64,000 bases of DNA from Gemmatimonadota bacterium (GCA_038153405.1 JAYOYH010000001.1:160156-224155), one strand, 5' to 3'; numbered from the stretch's first letter, positions 9,469 to 20,232 are shown. Notes: generated by a model not told the origin, from the sequence alone. Numbers and translations are program-made.

Positions 9469-12400
9469 ATGCAAACCTTCCGTAGCTTCAGGCGGGTAGC
9501 GGCCTTTGACCGCTGCCCTTCCGCTCTGTATTCGATTGCTTCCGCCGGATATGCAATCGACTTAATACCCGTACCCAATCCACCTATTAGCGCAGCCGAG
9601 CGCGTCGTTCCACCGCTGCAAGAAGCCCGTCTCGTTGGACTGGCCGAGGCGCTAGCTGAAGTGGGGCGAGGGACCTATAGCGCCCTGCTGTGTTGGACGC
9701 TAGAAGATCTGCAGGCTTCGTCGGGCTGGGATCTGCCCAAAGTATTTGCCCCACAGTGCATGCTCTCGGAACTGGCCGGCGTCAGCGGTATGGCGCGGCT
9801 TCGAGCCCTCCAGCAAATCGCTCCTCTAATCGAGGGGGTTTCCCTCGTTTTTACATCCGATGCACAGCGCGAAAATTGGCTGAGCTCAGGGTCTGTCGTG
9901 CCCCTCGGCGTGGACGTCGACCGCGGCGTGAACTGGGCGAGTGATTGCGCCGAAATCGTTTGGACCGGCACGGATGCGCGCGAATGGGCCCTGCGCGAAG
10001 GACATGGGGTGCGCGACGAATTACTCGGTGGCCAAGTCGCAGGGCGCAAACTCGTGCTCGGTGCGGGCGAGGCGGAGACATGGGATGGTTGGTTGGCGAG
10101 TGTAGTGCAGGCGCGCGCGCTGCTGTGCACACCGTCCCCTGGCCACGCGTTGGGCTGCGATGTCTATGTCCTGACGGCGATGGCCGCCGGCATGCCGATC
10201 GCATCGGTCGAACACGACGCCTCGCCGATCGTCGACGGCGAGAGCGGGTATCTGTCCAACGACTGCGACTATCTGCGCGATCGGCTGTGCGCACTGCAGG
10301 GCGACGCCGACTTGGCGCGTCGCCTGGGCGCGCGCGGACGAGATCGAGTCGCTGCGCACTATAGCTTGGCCGCGAGTGCCGGTCGTTGGGAAACGCTGAT
10401 CGAAGCCATCGGCCAGCGGCCGAGCAGTGCCGCTATGGGCGCCCCTGCGCCGCGGGTGAGCATTGTCATTCCGCTGTACAACAAGGCGGAGTTCACGGAA
10501 AAATGCCTCTACGCACTGGCGGCCAACACCGGCGAAGATCCCGATTACGAGGTCGTGCTAATCGATAATGCCTGCAGCGACTGGACGCAGTACCTGCTGC
10601 TCGCTTTTGAAGGCGATGTAGAGATCGTGCGCAACGAGGAAAACATCGGCTTTGCTCGCGCCAATAATCAGGGGGCCGCATTGGCGCGCGGCGAATACGT
10701 GCTCTTTCTCAACAACGATACCGAGCCGTGTGCGGGATGGTTGGAGGCCATGGTGCAGTTGGCCGACGGCGACCCGCGCATAGGAGTCGTAGGCGCCAAG
10801 CTACTCTATCCGCAGACGGACACCGTCCAGCACGCCGGCTTGGAGATGGTCAACGGCGAGCCCCAGCACGTCTTTCGCGGTGCGGCGGCAAGCGACCCGC
10901 GCGTCTGTGCCACGCGCGATCTCGACATGGTGACCGGAGCGTGCATGCTGGTGCGGCGCTCGCTTTTTGAAGAATTGGGTGGCTTTGATGTGGCCTATCG
11001 CAACGGCGTCGAAGACGTGGATCTATGCCTGCAGGCGCGGGCGCGCGGCTATCGCGTCGTCTACTGCGCCGATGCTGTGGTGCGCCACCACGAGGGAACC
11101 AGCGAGGGGCGCTTTGATCACGTGCGCGATAATTTGCAGCGCTTCTTCGCCAAGTGGCAGGGCCAGTTCAACGCCGAAGGGGTCTTTATGGGAAGGCGCG
11201 CCGAACAGACCTCCCATCGCCAATCGCGCGCGCTGCGCGGCTATTGGGAAGGCCCTTTCTTTGTCTATTCGAGCCTGGCCCACGTCAACCGAGAAATGGC
11301 GTTGGCGCTGCTGGGGGGTGGGCAGTGCGAATTAGGACTGAAGGCCAGCGAAGACGATCAATTCAATCCCGGCGGCGATCTGCGCTATGCGCCCTTAGTT
11401 GCGCGCATGGGCCAGCCGTTAGCGGGGGAGGTTGATTTTCATCTGCGCCATCGCTGGCCGCCCGATGTCGGCAAGCCCGATGGGGGCAAGCTGGTGCTCA
11501 TCCAGCCGTGGGAGTACGGCCGTATTCTCAAGAGCTGGGTCGAGCCCATGCGCGCAAATGTGGATCAAATCTGGGCCTACACATCCTATGTGCGCCAGGT
11601 CTACATCGACAGCGGCTTTGATCCGCAGATGGTCAAGGTCGTTCCGCTCGGGGTCGATACTGCTCGCTTTCGGCCCGATATCAAACCCATGGTGCTGCCC
11701 ACGCAGAAGAGCTACGCCTTTCTCTTTGTCGGCGGCACCCTGCAGCGCAAGGGAATCGACTTGCTGCTGCGCGCCTACCGCAGTGCATTTTCGCCGCAGG
11801 ACGACGTCTGTCTGGTCATTAAAGACATGGGCACGAAAACGTTTTACCGCGGGCAGACGGCCGAGAGCGAAATTGCAGCGCTGCAGCGCGATCCCGACTG
11901 CGCAGAAATTATCTATCTCGACGAGGACCTACCCGAAGAGCAGATACCGAGCCTCTATGCGGCCTGCGACTGTTTAGTGCACCCCTACCGCGGAGAGGGC
12001 TTCGGGTTGCCGGTGGCCGAGGCGATGGCGTGCGGCCTTCCCGTAGCGGTGACGAAGGGTGGAGCCTGCGACGATTTTTGCAGCGAAGAAAGCGCTTTTA
12101 TGATTCCTTCGACTCGTCGACCGGTGCGCTTTCCCGAGGAAACGGTGGGACAGGCGTGGATGCTGGAAGCCGACGTCGAAAAACTGGGCGAAAGCATGCG
12201 CCTGGCCTTTGGCGACCCGGAACGTGGGCGCGCGATGGGCGCGCGTGGGGCGGAGCGCATTGCGCGCGACTTCACGTGGGAACGCGCTGCCCAGATCGCC
12301 CATCAGACCCTGTGTGAGCTGTGCGAGCATGCGCCAGAGGCCCCGCATACATCCGGTGCGCCGCGCATTGGCGTTGCTATGCCCAACGTCTCAACTGCGA

Positions 12401-13605
12401 GCGGTAGTGAGGCGAAAGTAGAGGGCGAAAACGAGGGGCCGCCCGTTGCGATCATCGCGCTGGGGGGGGGCGGTACTTCCGTATTCGAGGAGATAAGCAC
12501 GGCCTATGGCGGCGCTTCGTCGGGCTACGACGTCACTCTATCGCCCGAGGTTGGGTTGGGCGATCAGCTCGAGGTTATTCGCCAAAATGGCGACAGTGCC
12601 TTCTTCGTGCTTGTTGGCCGCGGTGCGCATATCGGTGGCCAAGCGCTGTGCCTGCTCATTGAGCATATGCAGGGCCAAGAAGACATACTCGTGGCCGAGC
12701 CCTCTCTGCCCGATTCGCCGCGCGGCGTTGGTCTGGAAGAAATCGAATGCGTGCGGGGTGACTTGGTCGTGTTGCGCTCGACCGGACTCGATGCGATCGG
12801 CGGCTTTGACCGATCCTTTGCCACCCTTGCAGCCATCGACGAGGCCGTGCGGCAGCTGCGCCGCCAGGGTGGGCGCGCGGTGCGCGTGCTGGAATGTCTT
12901 CTCGAACGGGCGGCCGAACCGACAGAGCTCGATGCGGCGGTTGAACGGGAGCGCGCCTCGATTGAAGCGCTCGACGAGGGGGACCGCCTGCGCGGTGACG
13001 GCGATCGCGCCGAAGCGCTTTCGGCCTACCGCCGCGCGGTCGAGCACAAGGGCAATTTTGTCGAGGCGATTATCGTGCTCGCATCTATGCTCATCGAAGA
13101 AGACTTGGCCGGCGAGGCCGTTGGCGTGCTGAAACATTTGGTGCACCTGGATACCGACTCGCATCAGGCGCACAACTACCTCGGTATGGCATATCACCGC
13201 GCCGGCGATCGCGCTGGAGCACGCGCCAGCTTTGAACGCGCCTATGAACTCAGCCCGAACCAGGTAGAGACGCTGGTTAATTTGAGCGTTTTTGAATGGG
13301 AAGAGGGGCACGCAGAAGCGGCGGTTAACTACCTTGAACAGGCGGCCGAGCTTGAACCAGACAATCGCGATGTGCTGGTCAATACGGCAGTTATGCAGGT
13401 GCAATTAGGTCACGGCGAAAGTGGCATGCGCTTGCTGCAGGAATATATCGACAAGAATGGATGGGATGCAGAAGCGGTGTGTATACTGGCCGGATGGGCC
13501 CTTCAGTTGGGCGACACCGCGCGCGCGCGCGCCCTTGCTGTGGACGTTTTGACACGGGATCCCGACTGCGCCGATGCGCGCGATATTCTGGAGAAGACCA
13601 GGTGA
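9469..13605 (+). CDS. Multidomain glycosyltransferase (GT4-like + GT2 + GT4 + degenerate GT2 + TPR), putative flagellin glycosylation
   Basis: AMAAGMP..GESGY; VSIVIPLYN...FLNNDTE...VTGACMLVRR...EDVDLC; RKGIDLLLRAY...YRGEGFGLPVAEAMACG; C-terminal TPR helices; start may be GTG 9448. Confidence 0.85.
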   Translation: MQTFRSFRRVAAFDRCPSALYSIASAGYAIDLIPVPNPPISAAERVVPPLQEARLVGLAEALAEVGRGTYSALLCWTLEDLQASSGWDLPKVFAPQCMLSELAGVSGMARLRALQQIAPLIEGVSLVFTSDAQRENWLSSGSVVPLGVDVDRGVNWASDCAEIVWTGTDAREWALREGHGVRDELLGGQVAGRKLVLGAGEAETWDGWLASVVQARALLCTPSPGHALGCDVYVLTAMAAGMPIASVEHDASPIVDGESGYLSNDCDYLRDRLCALQGDADLARRLGARGRDRVAAHYSLAASAGRWETLIEAIGQRPSSAAMGAPAPRVSIVIPLYNKAEFTEKCLYALAANTGEDPDYEVVLIDNACSDWTQYLLLAFEGDVEIVRNEENIGFARANNQGAALARGEYVLFLNNDTEPCAGWLEAMVQLADGDPRIGVVGAKLLYPQTDTVQHAGLEMVNGEPQHVFRGAAASDPRVCATRDLDMVTGACMLVRRSLFEELGGFDVAYRNGVEDVDLCLQARARGYRVVYCADAVVRHHEGTSEGRFDHVRDNLQRFFAKWQGQFNAEGVFMGRRAEQTSHRQSRALRGYWEGPFFVYSSLAHVNREMALALLGGGQCELGLKASEDDQFNPGGDLRYAPLVARMGQPLAGEVDFHLRHRWPPDVGKPDGGKLVLIQPWEYGRILKSWVEPMRANVDQIWAYTSYVRQVYIDSGFDPQMVKVVPLGVDTARFRPDIKPMVLPTQKSYAFLFVGGTLQRKGIDLLLRAYRSAFSPQDDVCLVIKDMGTKTFYRGQTAESEIAALQRDPDCAEIIYLDEDLPEEQIPSLYAACDCLVHPYRGEGFGLPVAEAMACGLPVAVTKGGACDDFCSEESAFMIPSTRRPVRFPEETVGQAWMLEADVEKLGESMRLAFGDPERGRAMGARGAERIARDFTWERAAQIAHQTLCELCEHAPEAPHTSGAPRIGVAMPNVSTASGSEAKVEGENEGPPVAIIALGGGGTSVFEEISTAYGGASSGYDVTLSPEVGLGDQLEVIRQNGDSAFFVLVGRGAHIGGQALCLLIEHMQGQEDILVAEPSLPDSPRGVGLEEIECVRGDLVVLRSTGLDAIGGFDRSFATLAAIDEAVRQLRRQGGRAVRVLECLLERAAEPTELDAAVERERASIEALDEGDRLRGDGDRAEALSAYRRAVEHKGNFVEAIIVLASMLIEEDLAGEAVGVLKHLVHLDTDSHQAHNYLGMAYHRAGDRAGARASFERAYELSPNQVETLVNLSVFEWEEGHAEAAVNYLEQAAELEPDNRDVLVNTAVMQVQLGHGESGMRLLQEYIDKNGWDAEAVCILAGWALQLGDTARARALAVDVLTRDPDCADARDILEKTR

Positions 13606-16600
13606 GTAAAAAGAGGAAAAGCGCCCATCGCAAAAAGAGCAAGAAGGGCCAGCATGCCCCTGCGCCCCGCCTGTCGATTTGCGTGATTGCCCGCGATGAG
13701 GCCCGTTTCTTAGACGCCTGTCTGGCCAGCGTCGAGGGCCTGGCCGACGAGGTTATCGTCGTCGATACGGGTTCCGTCGACGACAGCAGAGAGACGGCGC
13801 TGCGTCGCGGTGCGCGCGTCTTTGACGAAGTCTGGCAGGACGACTTTTCGCACGCGCGTAACCGTGCGCTGCGCGAGGCCAGCGGCGCGTGGATTCTGGT
13901 AATCGACTGCGATGAGGTGGTGGCGCGCAGCGACCACGCCCGCCTGCGCGCGCTGCTGCGCGACGATGCGCACGGCGCGTATCGAATGACGACGCGCAAC
14001 TACAGCGCTGGCATTCAGCACGAAGGGTGGACGGCCTGCACGGGCGCCTATGCAGAAGAGAAGGTATACGGCGGATGGTTCCCTTCTACCAAAGTTCGCC
14101 TGTGGCGGCATCGCCCCGATGTGCAGTTTGAGGGCGTCGTTCACGAACTCGTCGAACCGTCGCTGCTGCGCGCACAGGTGTCTATCGGTGATTGCCACGT
14201 GCCGGTGCATCACTACGGCTACGCCGAGAAAGAACGCGATAGGGACCACTATGTACAGGCGGGAGAGCGCAAGGTAAGAGAAAATCCAAGCGATATGCGC
14301 GCCCGCTACGAACTGGCCATCGCCTATCGCAATGCCGGTCGTCAAGAAGATGCCCTCGCCAGTATTGACGCAGCTATAGCGGGTATGACGGCGGTCGATA
14401 GCCGGTCCCGCATATATGTGCAAGAAGATCTGGTGCTGCTGGTGCGCGCCGAAATCCTAACGCGCATGGCTCGCTTTGACGATGCGCTAGTGGCCTACGA
14501 CAGACTGTTGGAGCACTTTCCCCAATCCCACCAAGCCTATAATAATAAGGGCACGCTATTGGAGAGGGCGGGGCGGATGGGCGATGCGCGCTTGTGCTAC
14601 GAGCGCGCCGTGGCCATTGCACCCGACAACCGAATCGCGCGCGAAAATGTTGAACGCCTCACTCGGCGATATACGCTGAGCGCCTGCATCATCGCGCGCG
14701 ACGAAGCCGAACACATCGCGCGCTGTATAGAAAGCGCCTGTGCGGTGGCCGACCAAGTCGTCGTCGTCGATACCGGATCGCGCGATGCCACTGTCGAAAT
14801 CGCCCGGAGCTACGGCGTGACGCTGGGGCATTTTGCCTGGTGCGACGACTTTGCCGCCGCGCGCAATGCCTCGCTCGAGTTGGCCACCGGCGATTGGATT
14901 CTCTGGTTAGATGCCGACGATTATTTGCTGCCTGCCGATCGCGAGCGCATTATCCGCGCCAAGTCTCTGACCCCGGACGCAGGGCTCTACGCCACGCTGA
15001 TCAACGAGGGGGGCGAAGAAAATCGTTTTCGCCAGTTAAAGATGTTCCCCAATCGACCGGATATACGCTTTGCGCAACCCGTGCATGAAAATGTCCTCGC
15101 TGCGCTGCGCGGCGCCGACTTGGAACTGCGGCCAACGGATATTCAGGTGCGCCACACTCCTGAGAGCGACGCCGGAGAAATTGCGCGCAAGCAGGCCTAC
15201 TACGCCGATATTATGCGGCGCTGGCTGCGCGACCACCCCGACGATTGGGAAACGCACTTTCGCTTTGGCCACGTGCTCTACACGCGGGGCCAGCGAGAGA
15301 GTGCACTGGCGTTTTTTGCGCGCGTGCGCGAGGCTGGCGAGGCCGTAGGAGTTGCTGCGCTGCGCCTACTATCCTGCTCTTTTGCCGGTCGCTGCTTGCT
15401 CGAGGAGGGGCGCTACGACGAGGCGCGCGAAGTGCTTGCCGATGCGCTGTCCCTGCGTTCGGACGATGCGCTATCCCTGCTGTCAATGGGCGATGTATCG
15501 GTAAAAAAGGGAGATTATGCAGAAGCCGAGCGCTATGTGCGCGCCGCGCTAGCTGGCTGGCGCGATCCGCACTTTTCTCTCGACGCGAAGGCCTTCGACT
15601 ATGCGGCGCACTTTTTTCTCGGACAGGCGCTCAGCGGTCAGGGGCGCAACGAAGAGGCAATACGCGTCTTTGAGGAAGCCGATCGCATTGCGCCGGCCCG
15701 GTCGGAAGCGCGCCAGGCCATTGCCCTGCTGCATCAGGGCATAGGGCAGGGCGATAGGGGGCTGTATATTCGCCAAGCGCCCGAAGCCAACGCCGAACCA
15801 GAGCCTCTCTATCCCGACAGCAAGCTGAGTCTGTGCATGATCGTGCGCGACGAAGAGAAGCGGCTCGGGCGCTGCTTGGAAAGCGTGCGCGGCTTGGTAG
15901 ATCAAATTATCGTCGTCGATACGGGTTCGCAGGACGGCACGGTTGAGTTGGCCCAGCGCTTTGGCGCCCAGGTGAGCCACTTCTCTTGGTGCGACGACTT
16001 TGCCGCTGCGCGCAACGCCTCGCTGCAGCAGGCGAGCGGGGACTGGGTCATGTGGTTAGATGCCGATGATATTCTGCCGGCCGAATGCCACGATGCGATT
16101 CGGCGCCGCGTTGCAGGACCACGCAATAAGGCCTACTTCTTCGTATTGGACGATCAGGGCTACGAGAATGTATCCTGTTTGCAGATGCGCCTCTTTCCCA
16201 ATCGACCGGGCGTCCAGTTTGAGATGCCGGTGCACGAACAGGTCGCGCCTTCGCTGACCCGCCTGGGCGTCGATATGGTGCAAAGCGGTATTCGCGTCAT
16301 GCACACAGGGTATACGACCCCCGAGGTGGTAGCCGCAAAGAAGGATCGCTATCTAAAGATTATGGAGCGTTGGCTCGAGTCGCATCCCGAAGATTATATG
16401 GAGCGCTCGCACGTTGCGCTGACCTACTATTCTACCGGCCGACTCGAAGAGGCCGAGCAGGCCTATCGCCAAATCATAGAAGAAAGTTCGTGTTACGCCG
16501 ACTGCAATTGGGTGGTCTATACGACGGCGCTGCTCTTCCTGGGGCGAACCTACATGAAGATGGATCGCCTCGATGCGGCGCTCGAATATGTGCACAAAGC

Positions 16601-17723
16601 CGAAGAAATGGACCGCTCTTATATCCTTACGCAGCTCACGCTGGCCGAGATAGGGGCCAAGCGCGGCGATCATGCGGCCGTTATTGAGCGCGCCCGCACC
16701 GTAGCGGCCAGCCAACGGCAAATGACGTTCTTTCCCATCGATTACGAAGAGATCAACTACTCGGCAACCTTACTGCGCGCTCAGGCGCATCAGGCATTGG
16801 AGCAGTGGGATGACGCCATAGAGGCCTACCGCGTTGCGGCTTCGACGAACGCGTCCCAGCGCAGCGATGCGCTAGGTAGTCTGTACAATCTATATCGGCA
16901 ATTGGGGCAAATCGACGACGCGCGGGCGGCGCTCGAAGAGGCGTTGGCGATCCATCCCGAACACATCCAACATCTTTTCAATCTCGGCGTATTGGACCTA
17001 GAGGCGCGGCAGTTCGACGCGGCGCGCGCGCGCTTTGAAGAAGCCCTTGCACGACAGCCCGATTTTGCTCGCGCGTTGCTCAATTTGGGTTATATCGCCA
17101 AAGTGCAGGGTCGCTTGGATGATGCCGAATCGATCTACCGGCGCGCGATCTGCTGCGGCGGTGAGGGCATCGAAGCGCGTGCCAACCTCGCCCATCTCTA
17201 CGTAGAGATGGAACGCTTTGCCGATGCCGAACCGCTCTTTGCCCAAGTGCGTGCGCAGGAATCGGATCTGTTGGACATCGAGTTGGGGTATTTACTGGTG
17301 CTGGTGCACGCCCCAGAGCGAGACTGGCCGGTCTGCGTGCAGTTGCTGGATGGAATGGGCTCGCTGCTGGGCGATTGGTCCGTTGTCGAAGGCGATTTTT
17401 CCTCGCCAGAGCGCGCGGCCCCACGCGTGGGCGAACTCGGAGCGCTGCTGCTGCGCAATCAGATGAACAAGTGCGCCGAACTGGCGCTGTGTGCTGCCGT
17501 GCAGTTAAATGGCGGCCTATTGGATGTGCGCCGCCTGCTGGCCGAAGTGCTCTTTGTCGAAGGCCTGTACTGGAAGGCTGTGGCGCAGTTGGAGGTCGTA
17601 TTGACGGGCGAGCCAAACGACGAACAGAGCTTTCGCCGCCTGGGGGATTGCTACGCAAAACTAGGGGTTCACGAGGCGGCGCAGATGTGCTACGCGCGCG
17701 GCGGGGTAACTCATGAAGTATAG
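13602..17723 (+). CDS. Triple GT2-TPR glycosyltransferase, putative flagellin glycosylation
   Basis: Three copies of LS.C.I.RDE...VVDTGS.D...W.DDF..ARN..L..A.G.W....D.D, each followed by TPRs; GTG start overlaps the upstream stop. Confidence 0.88.
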   Translation: MSKKRKSAHRKKSKKGQHAPAPRLSICVIARDEARFLDACLASVEGLADEVIVVDTGSVDDSRETALRRGARVFDEVWQDDFSHARNRALREASGAWILVIDCDEVVARSDHARLRALLRDDAHGAYRMTTRNYSAGIQHEGWTACTGAYAEEKVYGGWFPSTKVRLWRHRPDVQFEGVVHELVEPSLLRAQVSIGDCHVPVHHYGYAEKERDRDHYVQAGERKVRENPSDMRARYELAIAYRNAGRQEDALASIDAAIAGMTAVDSRSRIYVQEDLVLLVRAEILTRMARFDDALVAYDRLLEHFPQSHQAYNNKGTLLERAGRMGDARLCYERAVAIAPDNRIARENVERLTRRYTLSACIIARDEAEHIARCIESACAVADQVVVVDTGSRDATVEIARSYGVTLGHFAWCDDFAAARNASLELATGDWILWLDADDYLLPADRERIIRAKSLTPDAGLYATLINEGGEENRFRQLKMFPNRPDIRFAQPVHENVLAALRGADLELRPTDIQVRHTPESDAGEIARKQAYYADIMRRWLRDHPDDWETHFRFGHVLYTRGQRESALAFFARVREAGEAVGVAALRLLSCSFAGRCLLEEGRYDEAREVLADALSLRSDDALSLLSMGDVSVKKGDYAEAERYVRAALAGWRDPHFSLDAKAFDYAAHFFLGQALSGQGRNEEAIRVFEEADRIAPARSEARQAIALLHQGIGQGDRGLYIRQAPEANAEPEPLYPDSKLSLCMIVRDEEKRLGRCLESVRGLVDQIIVVDTGSQDGTVELAQRFGAQVSHFSWCDDFAAARNASLQQASGDWVMWLDADDILPAECHDAIRRRVAGPRNKAYFFVLDDQGYENVSCLQMRLFPNRPGVQFEMPVHEQVAPSLTRLGVDMVQSGIRVMHTGYTTPEVVAAKKDRYLKIMERWLESHPEDYMERSHVALTYYSTGRLEEAEQAYRQIIEESSCYADCNWVVYTTALLFLGRTYMKMDRLDAALEYVHKAEEMDRSYILTQLTLAEIGAKRGDHAAVIERARTVAASQRQMTFFPIDYEEINYSATLLRAQAHQALEQWDDAIEAYRVAASTNASQRSDALGSLYNLYRQLGQIDDARAALEEALAIHPEHIQHLFNLGVLDLEARQFDAARARFEEALARQPDFARALLNLGYIAKVQGRLDDAESIYRRAICCGGEGIEARANLAHLYVEMERFADAEPLFAQVRAQESDLLDIELGYLLVLVHAPERDWPVCVQLLDGMGSLLGDWSVVEGDFSSPERAAPRVGELGALLLRNQMNKCAELALCAAVQLNGGLLDVRRLLAEVLFVEGLYWKAVAQLEVVLTGEPNDEQSFRRLGDCYAKLGVHEAAQMCYARGGVTHEV

Positions 17724-18489
17724 AGTGGTCTTTCGCGCGTGCGAGACCGTGGATGCCGTAAACCAATTGCCGCGCCCCTGGGGACTGGACAAGCGGCAAA
17801 CTATTTTACTGTCCTTTCGCTCGCTGTTGGCCAGTTTACAGGCGGCCGGCGTCGACTATGCGATGTATGTCGTCGAAGACGGTATCTCCGATGCAGTGCG
17901 CGGTGAACTCGAACGGAGCGCCGAGGCGATCTTTGCGACGGCCCAGTCCGGCGTGTGCGGTTCGCTGGCCAAGAGCTACGAGGTGGCCCTGGGCTTTGCC
18001 GATGACGACTGGGTCTACTTCTGTGAAGACGACTACTTACACCGCGCATGCTGCATGGAGTCGATAGATGAACTGCTGCGCGGTGCGCACACCTATTTAC
18101 AGCCCTATCAGCAGGGCCATCTCTACGTCCATCCGTGCGACTATCCCGACCGCTATATGCGCCCGGACCGCTATACGGGGCGCATAGACGATCGCTATAT
18201 GGTATTCTGCAGCGCTTTGTGCCACTGGCGCCAAGTGCCTAGCGCTACCTACACGTGGCTGACAAAGATTGGCACCCTGCGCGCGCAGTGGGCACTCTTC
18301 CGCGACAACCTCGATCACCACGCGCGCTTTGGCACCGGCGACCAGTATCTGGGAGAAGCGGTGTTCAAGCGCAGCAATGCCCTGTGCATTAGTCCCGTGC
18401 CGGGGCTGTCTACCCATTTGCATGAAGGGGTGATGAGTCCGCTGGTGGACTGGCGCGCCGAGGCGGCCCACTATCACGTCGTCGCTTAA
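17713..18489 (+). CDS. GT-A fold glycosyltransferase
   Basis: YVVED, WVYFCEDDYLH, HPCDYPDRY, ISPVPGLSTH; coupled to the upstream GT. Confidence 0.72.
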   Translation: MKYRVVFRACETVDAVNQLPRPWGLDKRQTILLSFRSLLASLQAAGVDYAMYVVEDGISDAVRGELERSAEAIFATAQSGVCGSLAKSYEVALGFADDDWVYFCEDDYLHRACCMESIDELLRGAHTYLQPYQQGHLYVHPCDYPDRYMRPDRYTGRIDDRYMVFCSALCHWRQVPSATYTWLTKIGTLRAQWALFRDNLDHHARFGTGDQYLGEAVFKRSNALCISPVPGLSTHLHEGVMSPLVDWRAEAAHYHVVA

Positions 18490-18634
18490 GCCAACCCTCT
18501 CTTCGACATTGAGTTAGCTCGCATTTGTGCGATGGGATGCGGGGTAAATTCTTCCATAGCGTTTTCCACAGGACGTTATTTCCGCGCTTATCGGGAGTGC
18601 TCGGCATGCCCGTTCGAGATCCCAAATTAAATAT

Positions 18635-18647
18635 AATCAATAGTTTA
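18635..18647 (+). promoter_or_regulatory. IHF binding site
   Basis: AATCAATAGTTTA matches WATCAANNNNTTR exactly, ~30 bp upstream of the sigma54 -24 box. Confidence 0.75.
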
Positions 18648-18675
18648 TGTTTCAATAAAAAACTTGTAGGTTAGT

Positions 18676-18691
18676 TGGCATAGGCTTTGCT
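18676..18691 (+). promoter_or_regulatory. sigma54 promoter of flagellin 1
   Basis: TGGCATAGGCTTTGCT, GG-N10-GC; 15/16 identical to the flgF promoter. Confidence 0.88.
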
Positions 18692-18795
18692 TAGATGAGT
18701 GCAGCAGCTCGGAAAACCCTTGCAAAGAGGGCGTGGGCTGTGAGAGGGTCTAGCTAAGGAAGGCCCAGACTGTCCGGCGACCAAGGAGGTTTATT

Positions 18796-20232
18796 ATGCC
18801 GATTCGCCTCGGAACAAATATCGCATCACTCAATGCCCAACGGCAGCTGAATACCAACAGCTCCGAATTTACCAAGCGCGTCGAACGCCTGTCTTCCGGT
18901 TTGCGGATTAATAGAGGGGCCGACGATGCTGCGGGACTCTCTGTCTCGGAAGGTATGCGTTCGGAGATTCTGGGTATGCGCCAGGGCGTCCGCAATGCAG
19001 AGCAGGGCATTAGCCTAATCCAGCTGGCCGAAGGTTCGCTTAACGAAGTCAGCAATATGCTGCGGCGCATGCGCGAGCTGTCCGTGCAGTCGGCGAACTC
19101 TACTATTAACGACTCGAACCGCGAAAATCTTTCGGCTGAGTTTAACCAGCTCAGCGCCGAAATCGACCGCATCGCCCTTTCTACTACGTATAATGATCAA
19201 ATCCTGCTGACGGGATTTGGCAATACGGTGACTCAGAATAGCGAAGTATCGACCGCGCTGGACGGTTTTTCCGGCGTGCGCGAAGTGGGTATTTCCGGCG
19301 CGGTGCCAGGCACTTATACATTTGCCGATACGAGCGACGAAGACAATCAGATATCGCTATCGGTAACGTTGCCCGATGGCACCGAACTAAAGCAGTCGAT
19401 AGACGTCGGTGCGACGCTGGACCGCGACGCCGGCCAGAACTTGGTCGCTACCGGAACGACGTTTGTCGCCAACTTCGATCGCCTCGGCATGCAGATTACG
19501 CTGGTCGGCCCCAATGTAGACTTTATCGACACCTATAAGAGCTCAGTAGCAGACGGCGGCGACGGAGGAACGGTGGTCATCGGCAACGAAACGGTGACGA
19601 TTGACCCCGGTGAATCGCTAGAAGGCATTGCCACCAAGCTCAACGAAGCCCTCGGCGGCCTGACGCCTGCTGGCTGGGCTCGCTACAACGAGGAATTTGG
19701 CGAAATGCGCGTTTATAGCGCCGGCAATCAGATCCTCGACAACCCGGTGGGTCTGCTCGGCCTGAAAAACGCCAATTCATATATAGATGGTCGTCTCAAC
19801 GACAAGCAGATCGTCGTTTCTGAGGCTACCGGTGGCGTCCTGCAGGTCGGTCCAAACAACGAGGCGTCAAACCGGATCGCCCTGAATATCGGCGATATGC
19901 GCGCCAGCGGGGCCGAATTGAACCTAACGGGTATTTCCGTCTCCAACCTGGAGAGTTCTCGCTCGGCCATTTCGCGCATTGACAACGCTATTCTGGTAGT
20001 GACGCGCCAGCGAGGTGATCTCGGTGCCATTCAGAATCGCCTGCAGTTTACTACGGGTAACCTGGGCAACGCCATCGAGAACTTGACGGCGGCCGAATCG
20101 GCCATCCGCGATGCCGACGTGGCAGAGGAAATCTCACAATTTACGCGTAACCAGATTCTAACACAGGCTGCAACATCGATGATTACTCAGGCTAACTCAT
20201 TGCCACAGAATGCATTGCAGCTACTTCAGTAG
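18796..20232 (+). CDS. fliC: Flagellin 1 (478 aa, carries an extra inserted domain)
   Basis: ERLSSGLRINRGADDAAGL; RMRELSVQSAN; LGAIQNRL...AAESAIRDADVAEE..FTRNQILTQA. Confidence 0.96.
   Translation: MPIRLGTNIASLNAQRQLNTNSSEFTKRVERLSSGLRINRGADDAAGLSVSEGMRSEILGMRQGVRNAEQGISLIQLAEGSLNEVSNMLRRMRELSVQSANSTINDSNRENLSAEFNQLSAEIDRIALSTTYNDQILLTGFGNTVTQNSEVSTALDGFSGVREVGISGAVPGTYTFADTSDEDNQISLSVTLPDGTELKQSIDVGATLDRDAGQNLVATGTTFVANFDRLGMQITLVGPNVDFIDTYKSSVADGGDGGTVVIGNETVTIDPGESLEGIATKLNEALGGLTPAGWARYNEEFGEMRVYSAGNQILDNPVGLLGLKNANSYIDGRLNDKQIVVSEATGGVLQVGPNNEASNRIALNIGDMRASGAELNLTGISVSNLESSRSAISRIDNAILVVTRQRGDLGAIQNRLQFTTGNLGNAIENLTAAESAIRDADVAEEISQFTRNQILTQAATSMITQANSLPQNALQLLQ

Noticed and set aside
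18562..18570. DnaA-box-like TTTTCCACA upstream of flagellin 1
   Set aside because: A single 9-mer; compatible with chance
18703..18742. c-di-GMP-I riboswitch-like start (GGAAAACCCTTGCAAAGAGGGCG) in the flagellin 1 leader
   Set aside because: Lacks the following CGCAAAGC junction and the second stem; better read as a plain hairpin
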